Counted from the first letter of the whole stretch, positions 24,301-38,257 are shown. The stretch: DNA of 57,282 bases, filler included, from Sphacelaria rigidula (GCA_964200075.2; 3 parts of 3 records of this genome joined end to end with filler, not necessarily neighbours in it), one strand, 5' to 3'. Program-made: numbers and translations. Notes: generated from the sequence alone by a model not told the origin.

Positions 24301-27300
24301 TTGCGGCTGCGGCCTTTGTCTGACCACCCAGCTGCGACTCCCCCGTCAGCGAATCCGCCGAAGATCGCCGGCGTGGTTTGCGTACACTTGCCGACGATTC
24401 CTCCGCGGAAGTGCTGCCAGTTGAGGTCACACGCCGGTGTCCCACACTGTTCGACCTCTTTTTGGACGACACTTTGGGCTTGCGGGGTCCGTATGACAGC
24501 GCCTTCGTTGTCGGCTCGGGACTGCTATCCTCGTCAGCCGTCTGGGCGAACCCCCGCCTGCTTACGTCCGCGTCGCTGCCTCCGGCAAACGAGAACCTCT
24601 CCCTCCTCGCGGTCGGCCGGGTTTTGCTCGGCCGCCCTTTTGACTGCTGCGACGCAGAATCGCCATCAGGTTCCATTTGTCCTTCGTTCCTCGTCTTCCG
24701 AACCGTGATGATTGTCGACCGTTGCCTCTGCACTGGTCCTCCTCTTCGTGGCTTGGTATGGGACCCTGGTGCCGAACCACCGGTGTTGCTTTTTCGGCGC
24801 ACCTCTGCATCGCTGCCGGCTTCCGACATGGAACCGTTGTTAACGTTCCACGCGCCCGTGCCATCCTCCGCGAACATCTTCCTCACAGGATTCATTCCTG
24901 CCCCGGCGTGTCGCATGGCATGCCTGCTCAAGAGGGCGTCCGAGTGTACTCGCGCATGATGCGCATCCTTCGACCCCACCCCCAAATCCGATCTCGATCT
25001 CGGACTCCCCGTGTCCCCAATCCGCAGTCTCTCCACACCGCGAGTGGCTTTTGTCCCATGCGCCACTCTTCCGGACCCCATTCGATTCCTCTCGCTACTG
25101 ACGGTAAACGAGGACGATCTCTGCCGCTGAAGGTACCCTCGCTCGCTTCGGCTGCCGCCGTGGTGCGACTGGGAGCGGCCACTACTACTAGCGCGAGCGC
25201 CAGAAGATCCGGCCTGCGGGGGGCCACGGCTCGGGGTTGTCGAGCGACCGCGTGTCGCGCGATGCGTTTCCGAGCTGAAGGATGTGACACGATTGTGCCC
25301 TCTACTCGACTGTTGACGCTGCGCGGCGTTCAGCACGCGATCGTTCCAGAGGCCGTCTTCTGATCGGGTGCCCCCTAGGCCTCGCTCGCTTCCGTGTCCG
25401 CTTGCAGGGCCAGGTTGAGCCGCTCCGAGCATGTTTCGCCATGTGCCTGTTATGTGTGTGCATCATGCAGTGGTGGGCAAGTGATAAATTTGTACAAAAA
25501 TGATTTCACAGTGTTGTATTCTGCGGCAAAAATGCAACATTGTGGGCGCAGAGTCCACAGATAGGGGCAAGAATCATGGCTGGCACGATTTTTCGACCAA
25601 TCAGAGCCTCCCAATATACCAAAATGCGGCGACCTTTTTTCACTCAGATGAGAGAAATGAATGTGATTTGAGTGGTCGAATAGCAGGGATTGGCCCACAA
25701 TGGCTTGGGATACAGCAGCTCCGTGCTGGCTCAGTTTGTGTGCCCCAACCTGCACGCGTCCGCCTTGCGCGTCTTCTCCAATCACAGCACCCGCTTACAA
25801 CTCAAGTACCAAATAAGACGGAACAGACAGCTGCACAGTAGTCACGTAATCGTTTCAACTTTGTGTACAGCACCTTGATTCCCCCCCAGTTCTGTGCAGA
25901 CCGACACATGCATGCAGCAGCATAACTATTTGTCGTAGAGTGCTTAAATGCACAACAGCACAGCGACAACTACAGCATAGAAATGATGGATGTGGGAAGC
26001 GCCTGGTTCGTTTGACGGAAGACGAAACAGCCAACACACAACACTGTGTAGGCAGCACTGCGTGCCGACAAACATGAGTTTCCTCATTTTTTGTGAAGAC
26101 GAAGGTGGTGACAATAAGGCAGCTGACGCAATCCCAGCGAAGACCAAATCGTCTTCGCAAAAGTCCGTACACACCACAGCGTAGTGACAGCTACAGCACA
26201 TGATTGAGGGCGTGGATGTGTTTGTGCTGCAGCACGGTTCTTCAACGCCCGGACAAAATCATTCTCCTCACTTTGAGTTAGACTGATGCCGCGATATCCC
26301 CCACTCCAAAAGTGGCTGGTTTGAGGGGGCAAAATCTACACACGAATCAAAATGACGGAGAGGCTGAGCGCACCGAGCAGCTGGAAACTCTCGCATGTGG
26401 GATCGTATCTTTTTTGCCAGTAGTAGGCGCTTCGTGCCGTCTGAAACCGGCCATCGTGCGCTCGCTGTATATCAATGTTGTTCGTAACAGTGTTTGGGCA
26501 TCACTCGATACCCCCATCTGTGGGAGGTGAGCCACATAATGGCCCAAATGACACTCCGTAAACTCACCGTTTTTCCCGCCTGCCCCGCTATGATGCCCGG
26601 GCTCAGACTGAGCACTGCCTCGACTGTTGTGGATGGCCGTGAGATTATGAATAGGCTCGGGGGCCTCCAGATGTCGCTTGCACAGCGGACACACGATGTG
26701 CGTGTCACACCATTTGTGTATACAGGACTTGTGGAATACGTGCAAACAGGGAAGCATGCACAGCTCGTTGCCTTCTTGATAAGCACTGGCGGACAACGAT
26801 AGGAAGAGGGAGAGAAAGAGGAACAAACCCATGAGTTGACGTGAGCATTGTCAAGTAATACAATGTTCGCATTTAATATGTCACGGTCGACGAGGGAAAG
26901 GGACTGCTGAACCCCTCTCGCGATCAAAACAAAAAGGCAAGCACCGCAGAAGGAAGGTGGGGTATTAAAAACAAATAAAAAACAAAAAGCTCCTGTGTCG
27001 TCCTTCCTGTGTGACCCCGGCTGATGCACCCAGATATACCCAAAGGGTGTAAACTGGTGCCCAGAATAAATGGGACAACACACACATACACTGCAGAGTA
27101 CGAGCTACATGACACTTACCATATCGGTCTACAAAGAGTCCCTCACAAGCACAAATTCCAAAAGGAAGGGCATACTTTTTTTCTGGAACCCGTACCTGTG
27201 GAAGAGGATATTTTATATGCCACGAAAAGACATTCTGTATTGGCCGGTGCTTCAGCCCGCTGTAATGTACTGCATGCGGTTGCACCGACTACAGAGCAAT

Positions 27301-30300
27301 AGCAACAGAGTCGGAGTGTGGTACCATACCTTTCAAATCAACAAAACGGCTGTGCCACCAGTGCCGTCATGGATTTTTTCCCAGTGACTAAACGGGAGGA
27401 GAGTAAAAGCGAGGCAGGTTTGCCTCAGTTCGGCGCAAATAACAAACGGCTGACACATACATTCTCAGTCATTGCCAAATCGTAACGCTAGCGCTAACCC
27501 GAACAGCAACTAAGGCATACCCCGAGATCCCTCGTGCGGAGATGTTGCAAAGAGTGCCCTGGACCAAGTGTTCTTGATGTGGCTGAATAAAAAAAGGTCC
27601 AATTGCCTGTTAACAACCGGAACGTGACCGCAGTTGCTCGATACCATTAACTTCGAGCTGGGAAAAAAAGCACCACACAAGACGTGAGTTCATCCATGTA
27701 ATGAGAACTCTGCTAACAAAAAGCACTCACACGTTGCAAAGAGGGCAAGACGGGGCGGCACCGTCCATCATGAGCTCCGACCCTCGCTCCGACCCCAGAC
27801 TAACACCATCATCAGTGACTGCCGTGAACTCCATCTGCGACAGACGAAATGCGAGGACCAAGCGCACGCAGCACTCATGCACATGAACCTAAGTTTGAGA
27901 CTTGGAACCTAGCCGGGACACTTATGGCACATGTCGTATACAGAGAGGCCACGCCAGCTTTTGTAGGCAAGTGCGCACAACTTTCAACACCGCAGCAAAG
28001 GAGGGCGCTCCTCGTTGTTGCACCTTGTCCATTATCTGTACCTGTTTTATTGAAACGCAATGTTGTCAGTAAAATAACTACAGCACAGCTGTGATATCGG
28101 CGCGCTGTGCGATTCCAGGGTACTTCGGTTTTGTAGGCGAAGGTCATGAGTGGTGTTTTCGGTTTTGGGGGGTGATGCGTAAGGAACACTTTTACTGCAA
28201 GAGTATTGGTTCACCATACCCAGTCACCGAAACGTTTACAGGTGGCATTTTTCCTAGGACCAAACGGAATCTTGCATAGGCCCATGGGGTCATCCTCTGG
28301 GGACCATTGAGCGCTCAAGCCAGGTGCACAGACGGCTAGCGTATCGACGCCTTTTAGTCGGAATAAGACGTGGCCATGAACAGCACCCTCGAAACTCTGT
28401 ATGGACAACACCCACAATCCGACGATGTACCCTCACAATTCGACGATATACCCCCACAATTCGAAGGCATACCGCACGTGAGTGGATTCACTTTTCTCCT
28501 TGCAGGATTTTTCAAGTGGATTCCGGGTTCGGTTTAGAACTCAAACCCGCTAAATACGGAAAGGACTAGACTACCCCTCTCGCACAACCAATATCTCGCC
28601 TTTGTCGTATGAACCGAGGGGAGGAAAACGTCGGTGTTTTCTGAATCAGCCATGCCTATGCTACCGTCATCCTCGAGAACCTAGCGGGACTCCCAGAGCA
28701 GTGATTCTTCGAACACAACGACGCGGGCTCTCCATTAGCGAAGGAGCCGATCTCATCTAATCATTCGACCAGTTTTATTCGGCACCGTTTCAACAAGTTC
28801 GGTGGGGGGTATCCCGTGTCTAGCAAGATGAACATTAGATTTCTCATGCAGGTCTATAAGCTCGCCCGTACACCCGAGACAACCCTGACATCGTGTCTTA
28901 GCTCCAAATTTCGGGTATGTTTTTCCGGGTGAGGTCGCTCTCCTCATGGCAGACACCCCTCATGGCAGACAAAAAATGGGGGGGGAGGGGGGGGAACGGT
29001 CAACAGCCTTTTGTGGAGCTTTCACGTCGTTTTACGCCCCACACGAAATTAGTCCAGACTTCACCGGTCTCCGAGGAAAATGCAACGTTGGTTATCGGCC
29101 AAGAAAAAACTGCCACCACCGAGATGAACGCAGAGGTGTGCTGAAACCGTCCCAACAAGTACAACAAGATTCCAAGGTGTCAGAATCCGCGTGGCTCTCT
29201 TCTAGGGCGTAAATCAACGTTGAAGGTCCAAAATGTCATGATAAGGAGCGGCCTAAGAAATGAAAAACAAAATTCGTGAGCAAACCGTTGATAGGGGAAC
29301 CCGAAAAAAAACGATGTTTTTCATTCTCCTCTTTCTTGTCGCAGGGAATTCGTCGGAATGAAACAACCCATCATGACAGGTTTATATGAAATGATCACCT
29401 TTTGACCGCCGCTTCTTCTCGACCGAAAGAAAAATCTCTGAGAACTGTCCTTTTGAAGCTTTCATCATGACGGATTATTGGCGGAATACGGGCCTCGGCG
29501 GATTAGGTTTCATCAAATAGATTTGCTATATTTTTCACGAGGATTCCAGCGCGTCTGTCCGATCTCTTGTACTCTCAGTTTTACTCCTGACCGGGTTCTG
29601 GAATTTTTCAGGCGCCGCGAAAACCGTCAAGTTTTTTTCGCGTACGCCAAAATGATCCAAGCGATATATTTCAAGGGTACAGTTTTTCATGTGAAGACAA
29701 CAACAACAACAACAACAACAACAAGCGTAGGGTGGGGTACGAGCGCAGGTAGTTTCAGTAGACCTCACCACTCGGTAGTCGACAGATAGTTCTCGGAAAT
29801 TTCCGATTTGCGGATAGGTGCAGTATTGGATTCTAGTCTGAACACCGAAATGCGGATCTTTGGAGGGGGCTATGCTCCTGGCGTGCTCCTAGCGTGCGCA
29901 GAACGCGTTTTAGTCTAAATCGGCGCCTGGGGCGCCGATTTGAAGTCTGGCAACGCACACTTGGCCAATGGAACACGTTGCACCCCCCTTGCCCGAGGGT
30001 TCTTGGTATGTCTTCGTTGGGGTTGGGGTTAAGGTTAGTGTTATTCGAATTGCATCAGCACCTGCACATACGGATGCGGACATGCGGACACCGGTTAGGC
30101 CGTGCCAAGGGTACGGTGGACGCCTGCGTGTGCTGAATGGCAACCATTATTATGGCACGGCTCGAGTACAACTGTACCTGCGGCATGTGCTACAGTCACA
30201 GTAAATTTCAACCGAAAACGTGCCGTTGCTGACCCCCATGTGTGGGTGTTTTCGGCGCATGTCGGTGACGTCTGTGACGCAAACTGTTGATTCTCGTTGG

Positions 30301-33300
30301 ATTCCGAGCCAACTCGTACAGGACAAAGAACAACGCGCTCAGCTGGTCGGCAGCTATGGTTTTTACTTGAGGTCTTCTGTTCGCGGGTGCAGCGGCTCGA
30401 GGCTTCATCTGTTGTGTTGGGTCATGTGTTAACACTCTCTCACTTTGCGCATGCCCCAAAGAGTGAAAATAGTTGTTCCGCTTCGAGCATACAGATTGCC
30501 CTTTCGCGCCAACGCAATTAAAATTTGTTTTGGCGCATGAATATTAATACAGACTTCCAAGCAGAGTCTTCGGGGGGTGTTTTGCACCGACCAGCTACAG
30601 GCGATGTAAGGTACAACAGATTTTGAGCGAACGGATTCTGCCTGGATACGGTCTCGACACCTAGACGGCGCGAGAGGGTCACCCGTTGTATCGGCATCAA
30701 TGTCACTTGAGAAAAGTATTCATGATACAGATTATCCTCGTGGTGTGGGGTTGACCCTTTGACCGCGAGAGTAGGTCACTTGCTGAATCGGCATCAATTT
30801 CACTTGAAGAAGGATGCTTGGTCCAGATGGACTTGTACCCGCAACGTGGTCCAAGGGTTGACCCTTTGCCTGAGGGCATGGGTCATCTATTGAATCATGA
30901 TCAATTTCACTCAAGGATGACTGAACGGTCAGACGACCTGTCCTGGGGTGAAACCGTAAGAATATCGAGAAGAATCAGTTGTCGCAATCTTCGACTGATT
31001 ATTGCACCAGAGTAAGGCCGGAAAAACGTTTTTGAAGCGAGAGGGTGAATAGCCCTTTGACGGCGAAGGTAGGTCATCTGCGGAATCGGCATCAATTTTA
31101 CTTGAAAAATCGGTGTGACCCAGATGGACTACCGGCGTCGCGGTCCGAGGGTTAATAAATCCTCGGAAGGAGAGAGTAAGTTCTTTGTTGCATCGGCAAC
31201 AATAACAATGGTGAAAAGTGTCCATGATCCAGATGGACTGCCGTCGCAGTCCAGTTAGGGAAACCCACAAAACCATGAATTGTATCTCCCCTTACCCCGA
31301 CGAGACCAAGAGATGGGACATTTTTTCCGTGAACGATCTGCTTCTTCTGAGGCCGTATCTCATAAAAAGTCAACAACGATTCCAGAACTTCCGAGTGGGC
31401 ATTTAAGATGGTAGGCGACAGACTGCCGATTGAGTTCGCATCAGTTCCGACAGTGACGGACCATCGCAGTAACGGAACAAATGGTAGTCGACCATAATGT
31501 TGTAATCTAGTGGAAACACAGCTTTGACTTCAACTCCAGAATGAAAGCAACGGTATCATGAATCATGTCCAAGGCTGCGAGAACATCAATAATATCGGGC
31601 GCCTCATGTGTTCTCAACGTCAACTTTGATGACACCTCACACACGATGCTACGAATAACACACCACAGGTGACTCGGGCACAAACCAAAAGCGGTAGGCC
31701 TTTCGGAAACTCATCGCACATCCGCTTTCTGGAATCTTGCGTCGACTTGGCCGCCGTTCACACATGCCGTCCAAAGTGGGCCATGACTCTATGATTTTCA
31801 CTTCAAACACATGTGGGACACACATGACCCACCCCGACGATCAAAGGGAACAAGCCGTCTACTCGCTCGAGAGTTCGTCGGGCAGCACAGGATCATCACC
31901 TCAGATCCGTGTCGCGTCTTGCCTCATAGTATCCGGCTACAATATACATCCCCCATCCTTACATGACTTGATGGACTTTAACGTTGACGGTGCCAAATCT
32001 CTCTCAAACAGATAGACCTTCACAAAGTCCATCACACGGGTGCTCGTTGCGTTGGACAGCGTAGATCATCGCCGCCTACAAGAACGAAACACGTGTAAAC
32101 GTTCGGAATGTCGTGCGTACCCACGTCGAATGTTCGCACCTCTGTCTTTTCGTACTTGAAATCCGTGAACTGTGCCCTGCCTCTATCCGTGACTCCTCGT
32201 CGCGCCGTGTGATCCGGGATAGACGCGTACAGCGTAGCGATGTCCTGAGCGATGGCCGACTGATCCTGTTGCCGCTCATCCCCGTTCAAGCAATACTGTT
32301 CAGGCATCAAATTCAAGACATAGAATACAGTCAGCGTTGCAACCAAGGAATGGATAGCACGCGTGCTTTTTGTGCTCACGGGTCCACATGCGATGTTACA
32401 TACTTCCTGTGGACAACAAATGGCGCTGCCAGGATGAGGAAGCAGACGACGAGACGTGGGAATTCCTCTGGCGAGAGCGAACGGATTGCTGCAAAGGCCA
32501 ACTGTCTGTACTACCGCGTCTAAGACATCAGCGTATACTTATAACACATTCCCCATGTTCTACATCTTCAAACAAAAACCTCGGTTCGTGCTAAAGAGCA
32601 AGGTCACGGGAAATGAAGTATCTGCTCCGTGATTCCTACCGTGAAGTCAAGTGGCCTCGCCTGAACACAAGGAATGCAGGGCAAGACATAAACGGGTGGT
32701 GACATTGCGGTAGAGTGTTTTTGATGTTTCGGGACGGCGGCAACACTACAAGTGCGAGACATTTCGAAAAAGTGGCACTTCGGGCTTGGCAACTTGTCCG
32801 AAGAAGGGAAGAGGATTACGCTTTAACTTCGACTGCAGCAATACAGGCACACCTGCAATCAATACAAGGGAAAATGAGTAGAGTACGTAGCCGGGTTGCG
32901 CCCGAAATCATGCGCTTTTTTGAAAAAAAGGCGGCCACGAGCAGGGGTCGGCACCCTTACAGCCATCATCTCTCTATTATAGCACACAGCTACACTCTGT
33001 GATGTACTGTCCGTCCTGCGCTGCGCCTTGTGCTTTGGGAACAAGTACGAGTACACCGCGGGCACCATCAACATGACGTAGGATTCCGACGTTCATCTTC
33101 GGGGGTCGAATGATAAGACGGCATTGATGCATGTTGTCCCTGGCCGCAAACATGAGCTTTGGCAAGAAAGAGCCACTTCCACCCTGACCACTGATGTTGC
33201 AGTTTCAGAGGTCTTGCGGCTTTCGGAGTGATGGACGGGTGCATGTGTGTGGAATTCTTCCCGAGCCCGACTTTTGCCCCCCACCAGAGCGAGCAATCAA

Positions 33301-34966
33301 CACGTTTTTTGAAGTACCATCGTACAACAATAAAGAATTACCGCAGACTCGAATAGAGCGAGACCTCGTCAACTTCAGTCTCGAGAGCACAAGAAGCCTA
33401 GCACACAGTTGATGTTACAGATGGCCCGAGCCCTTTTCCGGCCTGTTGCAAGGAAGATGACGGCTTCTCTCGAAGGGGAGATGTGAATTGTGAGTAGACA
33501 ACATTCAAATCCCCACGTAGAACAGGTCCTCCCACATTACATGAACGGAGAATAAAGGGGATACAACATGCCTCCTCGAAAGAATGAGTCGAGGTAGACG
33601 GTGGGGTGATCAGGCATCTATCCCGCTCGACAAGGCAAACGACGAAGTTACGCATCAGGGGGACAGCGTGCACACCTGTTCCAAGATCACAGCATCCTTC
33701 TCCCTCAACGATTACAAGCACTACATCTCATCACAGAGAAAAAGTTTTGAAATACAGACCACAATCGTTGTTCGGGAGCAGGGGAGGCAGGCGCGAAACC
33801 GCAGGCACTTTCAAATCGATCAAGTTAACCACGCGCGACACACCAGAACGATCACGAAGGGTGTGAAATGGACAAAACATTATAGAAATGGGATAAAGCA
33901 GGGTGAAAGACGGAGCCTTGCAGACCCAAACGTGAACCACGAGATAAAAAAAACATCGTTCGAGAGCAAGGGACGAAATTCGAAAGTCGCGAAAAGGGAC
34001 GTATTTCAAGCTCACCTTCCACACGACCCATACAATGATGACCGTAAAGCAGATCAGGAGGACGATGAACTTCGTGTTCCCCTCAATAACAGCCCTGTAG
34101 AAAATCACCCCGTACGCTCCAAACACTCCCCCGCCCAGAACCACGAGTAGTCCAATAAGGGCTATCCTGGTTTGCAAATCCTGCTTCTTCAGGTATGCCT
34201 GGACCATTTCCATGACAGTCTTGTCCGGTGCATCCTCGAGAACGCTGGTATCAGTGGTATTGCCGTCCCCTGCCTCAATATCGCCCTTGTCCAAGCTCTT
34301 CTTAGTTCGTCGCTTCGGCGGGGGCGGGGGCACCGGTGCTAGGAGCGCAGGCACCAGCGGAGCAGGCTCCCGACCACTTGCGACTCTACTTGATTTACTT
34401 GAAGCACGCTTCACACTACTCTTGCCGGTCTCGCTGCCCTCCCGCCCCCCACTTCCTTGGGCAACGGCAGCTTTGCCAGGGCCCCGTTTGCCTTTTTGCC
34501 GAGATCTCGAAGAGCTCTGCATGGCGGACGTCGAAACCTCGTTCTTCTGCGAGCCGCGCCGCCCGGAGGTACTTGCTTTACCTCGACGTTGTTGTACTGA
34601 GCTGCCACCACCGCTTCCTGCTCTGCGCGAACTTCGCTGCCGGCTGTCTGAAGTTGTACTGGTTATGCTCATTTGGCGTGCAGGGGTCCCTGCGTTTGAC
34701 GATGTGGCTGATCCCGTTGTTGCCGAGCTGACCTGTCCGTTTCTGGGCAAGGACATATTAGAAGGAGCGGATTGTACGCTGCTAACGCTGATGTTGGAAC
34801 CGTAAAGAGGGTTCACTCCAGTTCGGACAGCTCGTACTAGACGTCCATCGCTTGTGCTCCTTTGCAAATCCCCGGGTGATGTGGGTTTTACCCCTGCTGC
34901 TAACCTTCCAAGTATCTTTTGGGAACGTGCCTTCGGAGTACTGCCGGCTTGGTGCTGCGTAGACAT
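21380..34966 (-). CDS. Two-TM, RING-H2 (C3H2C3) putative E3 ubiquitin ligase with long disordered Ser/Arg/Gly-rich regions, ~1,260 aa
   Basis: Exons 34966-34016 (two hydrophobic helices), 28680-28600, 27834-27731, 26785-26568, 25446-23246, 22773-22640 and 21587-21489, with a tentative last exon 21389-21380. All phases are compatible. The spliced RING reads CPLC-x14-CLHVFHKSC-x10-CPLC. Two donors are GC (AAG|GCGAGA and CAG|GCGAGT). The terminal exon and the exact start are uncertain. Confidence 0.8.
22090..22365 (+). mobile_element. (CA)-tailed SINE/LINE-3' family; copies also at ~26870-27090 (+) and ~56000-56280 (-)
   Basis: Shared GAAGGAAGG.GGGGT..TGTGACCCCGGCT.ATGC.CCCAGATATACC.AAAGG..AACTGG core, ending in a CA-rich tail. 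Confidence 0.7.
25480..26535. mobile_element. Second copy of the long-TIR element, filling intron 4 of the RING gene
   Basis: Inverted similarity to 51920-53120, e.g. TGCCCCAACCTGCAC..CGCCTTGCGCGTCTTC..ATCACAGCACCCG. It ends GGTGAGCCACA at 26535. Confidence 0.65.
30658..31155. mobile_element. Cluster of four degenerate copies of the 98-bp piggyBac-type MITE
   Basis: A repeated core GAATCGGCATCAATTTCACTTGA, junctions GGG-TTGA-CCCTTT, and a last copy ending GAGGG-TTAA. Confidence 0.75.
31160..33700 (-). pseudogene. Highly decayed KDZ/Zisupton-like transposase relic in intron 1 of the RING gene
   Basis: Fragments occur in the expected order across many stops: CGNSLLLYDG (CxC-type), TCGVLFVASC and WIMDTFHHCYCCRC (resembles the KDZ DxFH..H/C..C motif). 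Confidence 0.4.
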
Positions 34967-37900
34967 GCCACTTTGTTCCTGTGATCAGTTCAGTCGAAAC
35001 GTGCCTCCTGAGGAAGACAGGTCTCAACCGACTGACTGTACACTTTTGACGGTATCGTTCACTAATAACAAGTGATTCTCAACGTTTTCAGATCGAGGGG
35101 CCGCCACACCAAGAAGAAATGTATTCCGTTTTAGGACCCAAATAGTTGACCACTCGCCTGTTGTTCTGACTATCTTCGCTGTGCCCACAGGCGCGACAGA
35201 TGGGTCCTCTCCCTCCCCCAGCCCTGTAGAACAGATGAACGCGAAAGGCGTGTAATGATCTTCAAGATCTGCTACTTCGTTATACTTCTGTTACTTACAG
35301 CCATGTATGACACACGACGCTATAGTTCCTAGATCTCGAATGGTAAGTTGGGGTCCCCAGTTTCCCGAAATGCTGAGCACATGGAGATTAGTGCCTAGAA
35401 CATGACCGTTTGCTGTGATTTAGTTTCTCTGACCCGCTTGCTCTTCTTCGGGTCTACTAACGGTGTACTTGCACTTTGATAGATAATTATTGTTCAAATT
35501 CAAGAGAACTTGGAAAACAAAACTTCTTGACATGATGATGGTGATGGAAATGGGAAAACTGATGAGGCACACACACATACATACACGCGCGCATCTGATT
35601 CAATCGCAACCACTTCCGAGGGCGGTGTTGCTTCGAAACGTAAGTTTATCGTTTGCACAACGGACAGGATTGGACAGGCTGCAGATTCGAAATTTTCGAG
35701 CGAAGAATCGGGTTAGGGTTATTATATAGACCCGTATTTCCATTTTGGAATAATAAATATCTCCCGATTGACACTGGACAGGTCCGTGCAATAAAGCACA
35801 GAACAGGACAGTAGTACCGCAAGACAAAAGATGCAAGTACATAGAGCCCAGGACATAACCAGTACAGACAGTAGTGCAGAACCGGGGTAATTTGCGGGAT
35901 GAGAGGGTAGTATTGTTTGATCTTCGTTGGCAGGATACTGCTGTGATTTTAGAACATACCTTTCTTGGCTATCGCAAAAATATTTATCTCCTTCTCCCCT
36001 GTATGAAGACCAGCGCTTGTAGGCGATCTTTGGTTGTCAGGGCTAGCAGTCGCATTCAGGGAATTAAATCGAGTGAGCATGCGCATCCAATGGCCCAGTG
36101 TCCATCCGCTTCCAGGGACTCGGTCGGCGGTCGATGATGTAAAAGCAAAGGGCGTTTGCCTGTAGGATCGCCTACGCCGGTGTATCGGTGTTTGCCTACA
36201 CACTGGTGTTCAGTTTTTAGGTTTGATGATTGATGTATTGTACCCGGAATTGTCTAACGTCGATTTTCTCTCCGATCCAATATCCTTCTTGATTGCGATA
36301 CATGTATCAAAGTGGGTGAAACATATAGATTAAATAGGTTCCAGATCCTCCATGAACGACGTTCATGATTACCCTTAAGAGCAGAGCTGATGGGCCATCT
36401 GTTGAATAGGCTTATGCACAATCCGGATGGACTATACTCTCGCGGCTAAGGGGCCAGCAGCGAGTTTCGCACTTGAATCGCGGTTGGATTTCTTACATGT
36501 TACCTTTTCACCTGAAAACTCCAGAGTATTCACTCGTAGTCTCTGGTGGCGCCCGAAGACGCATCACTACACGTACTATGTAGATGGGAGACCCACCAAC
36601 GGCAGCCAACGGACCACTTTTGGTGGGGCAGATGTGAGCTCAGATTGTTCATTGTTCCACTACTCTTCCACCTATTTTGCCGCCTAGATGACGGGGGAAG
36701 GGGAAATATGGAATCAATCACAAATTTCAAATACATCTTCATCTCGTTCAACCATCCTGGATTTGCTTTTGTACCAACGCGTCACTGAACGGGTCACGAC
36801 ACACGACCAGACGACACACGACAAGACGGTATAATATGTACCGGTTGGCACCGAGCGACTGGTTTGCCGACTGGTTTACCAACAGGACCGGTCTTCCTGG
36901 TTGTTGAGATTGCTGTCACATCAAACAATTTACTGTTGTAGCTGAGCTTGTACTGCATCAAAGCCAGTGGGAGGAAGCTAAGTGTGCCAATACGCTTTGG
37001 CTAGTGGAAATACAAGTGAGTAAAACGGATCAGTGTGGCACGGTACGGTACACAGACCGTACACTGCCTAGAAACACTGGACAGATTTGCAAATATGTTT
37101 AGGGGTACACATGCGGTACTACATACGAGGACTGTAGTGCCAAGATACAAGAAGAGCGTAGCAAGTAGCAAGGCAGGCGAAAAGGCCTGGAACACAACGC
37201 ACATGGCAGGCCATATGTACAGGGCATGCGCAATATATCAAACCGCTCGAAATGATATGTCCATCAGGTAGTTTTTCGAGGCAGCATGGTCCAGGTGCCC
37301 TCGCCATGTTTGTCCACAATATGTCCAATATGTCGCTGTGCTGCGTCTTCGACTGTCGGTGCTCGGTCGTACAGCAGGTCATTTCGCTCTTCTCGCGATC
37401 CGCTCTTAATGCCTGTGCTGTCTGTGCTGTCGCGCATTCTAAAGTAATACTTTCACACAGCTGCAAGGGCAGGTTATTACCGATATTTGTTACCCAACAC
37501 TTGGGTAGAGTATCGAAGTCTTACTACGCAACTTTTGACGGAAATACGCCGTGACGCAAGGGGCCTTACAGACTGGAATACGTTACCCACCGCCCCCGAT
37601 TCCCGAAAACCTCATTCGTGGAGACGGGGGAGGGCGGAGGGTTAGTATGTACTCCCTTTTGGAGGGGTGGGTATCGCCCTGGTCAGATGGATAATGACGA
37701 TAGTAGGTACTGTACTGTGCGGTACGTGCGTGAACGGCTTTTCCAGGCTTGTGCCAGGCTCGTGTAGGGCCTGGGCCAGCCTAGACACTTATTTAAACCC
37801 TCAAAGCAATATCTAGTCGACACGGACGAGTTGGGCCATGATCCGCATATTGTATTATTTGTCTAACCAAGGTGAAGGTGTCCATCTGCTCAAAAGTTTG

Positions 37901-38157
37901 GGCCCATATTTTCTCGTTGATTGAACCCCATGTCTAGCACTTCCTATACCTAACGGAGATAGCGTCTATACTAAAATCTCAATTAAGCCCCCGACCGATG
38001 CATTCAGCAAGTGACGACGAATTTTGGTGTGGACATTCCCTGGAGCACGGGGAGACGATAGATACCCTCACCTTCACCTAATTCGTAATTTATCTCGAGA
38101 TAAGGTGCACACAAGTTTCATACTAAAATCAGTTTATTACGAGCGGAGGAACTAGAT

Positions 38158-38257
38158 NNNNNNNNNNNNNNNNNNNNNNNNNNNNNNNNNNNNNNNNNNN
38201 NTTAATTAATTAANNNNNNNNNNNNNNNNNNNNNNNNNNNNNNNNNNNNNNNNNNNN
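38158..38257. other. Artificial scaffolding spacer N44-TTAATTAATTAA-N44
   Basis: Identical in structure to the spacer at 19032-19131. Confidence 0.97.

Noticed and set aside
23913-25363. Long plus-strand ORFs (and 34212-34805, 10188-10838)
   Set aside because: They are antisense shadows of GC-rich coding exons.
23192-25432. 746-aa ORF as a stand-alone gene
   Set aside because: An in-phase acceptor at 25446 links it to the RING exon, so it is an internal exon.
30015-30045. Telomere-like GGTT repeats
   Set aside because: Too short and degenerate, with no TTAGGG array.
30270-30370. P450-like peptide LSALFFVLYELARNP
   Set aside because: It is an isolated short match inside an intron, with no AGxDT, ExxR or haem motif and no exon chain.
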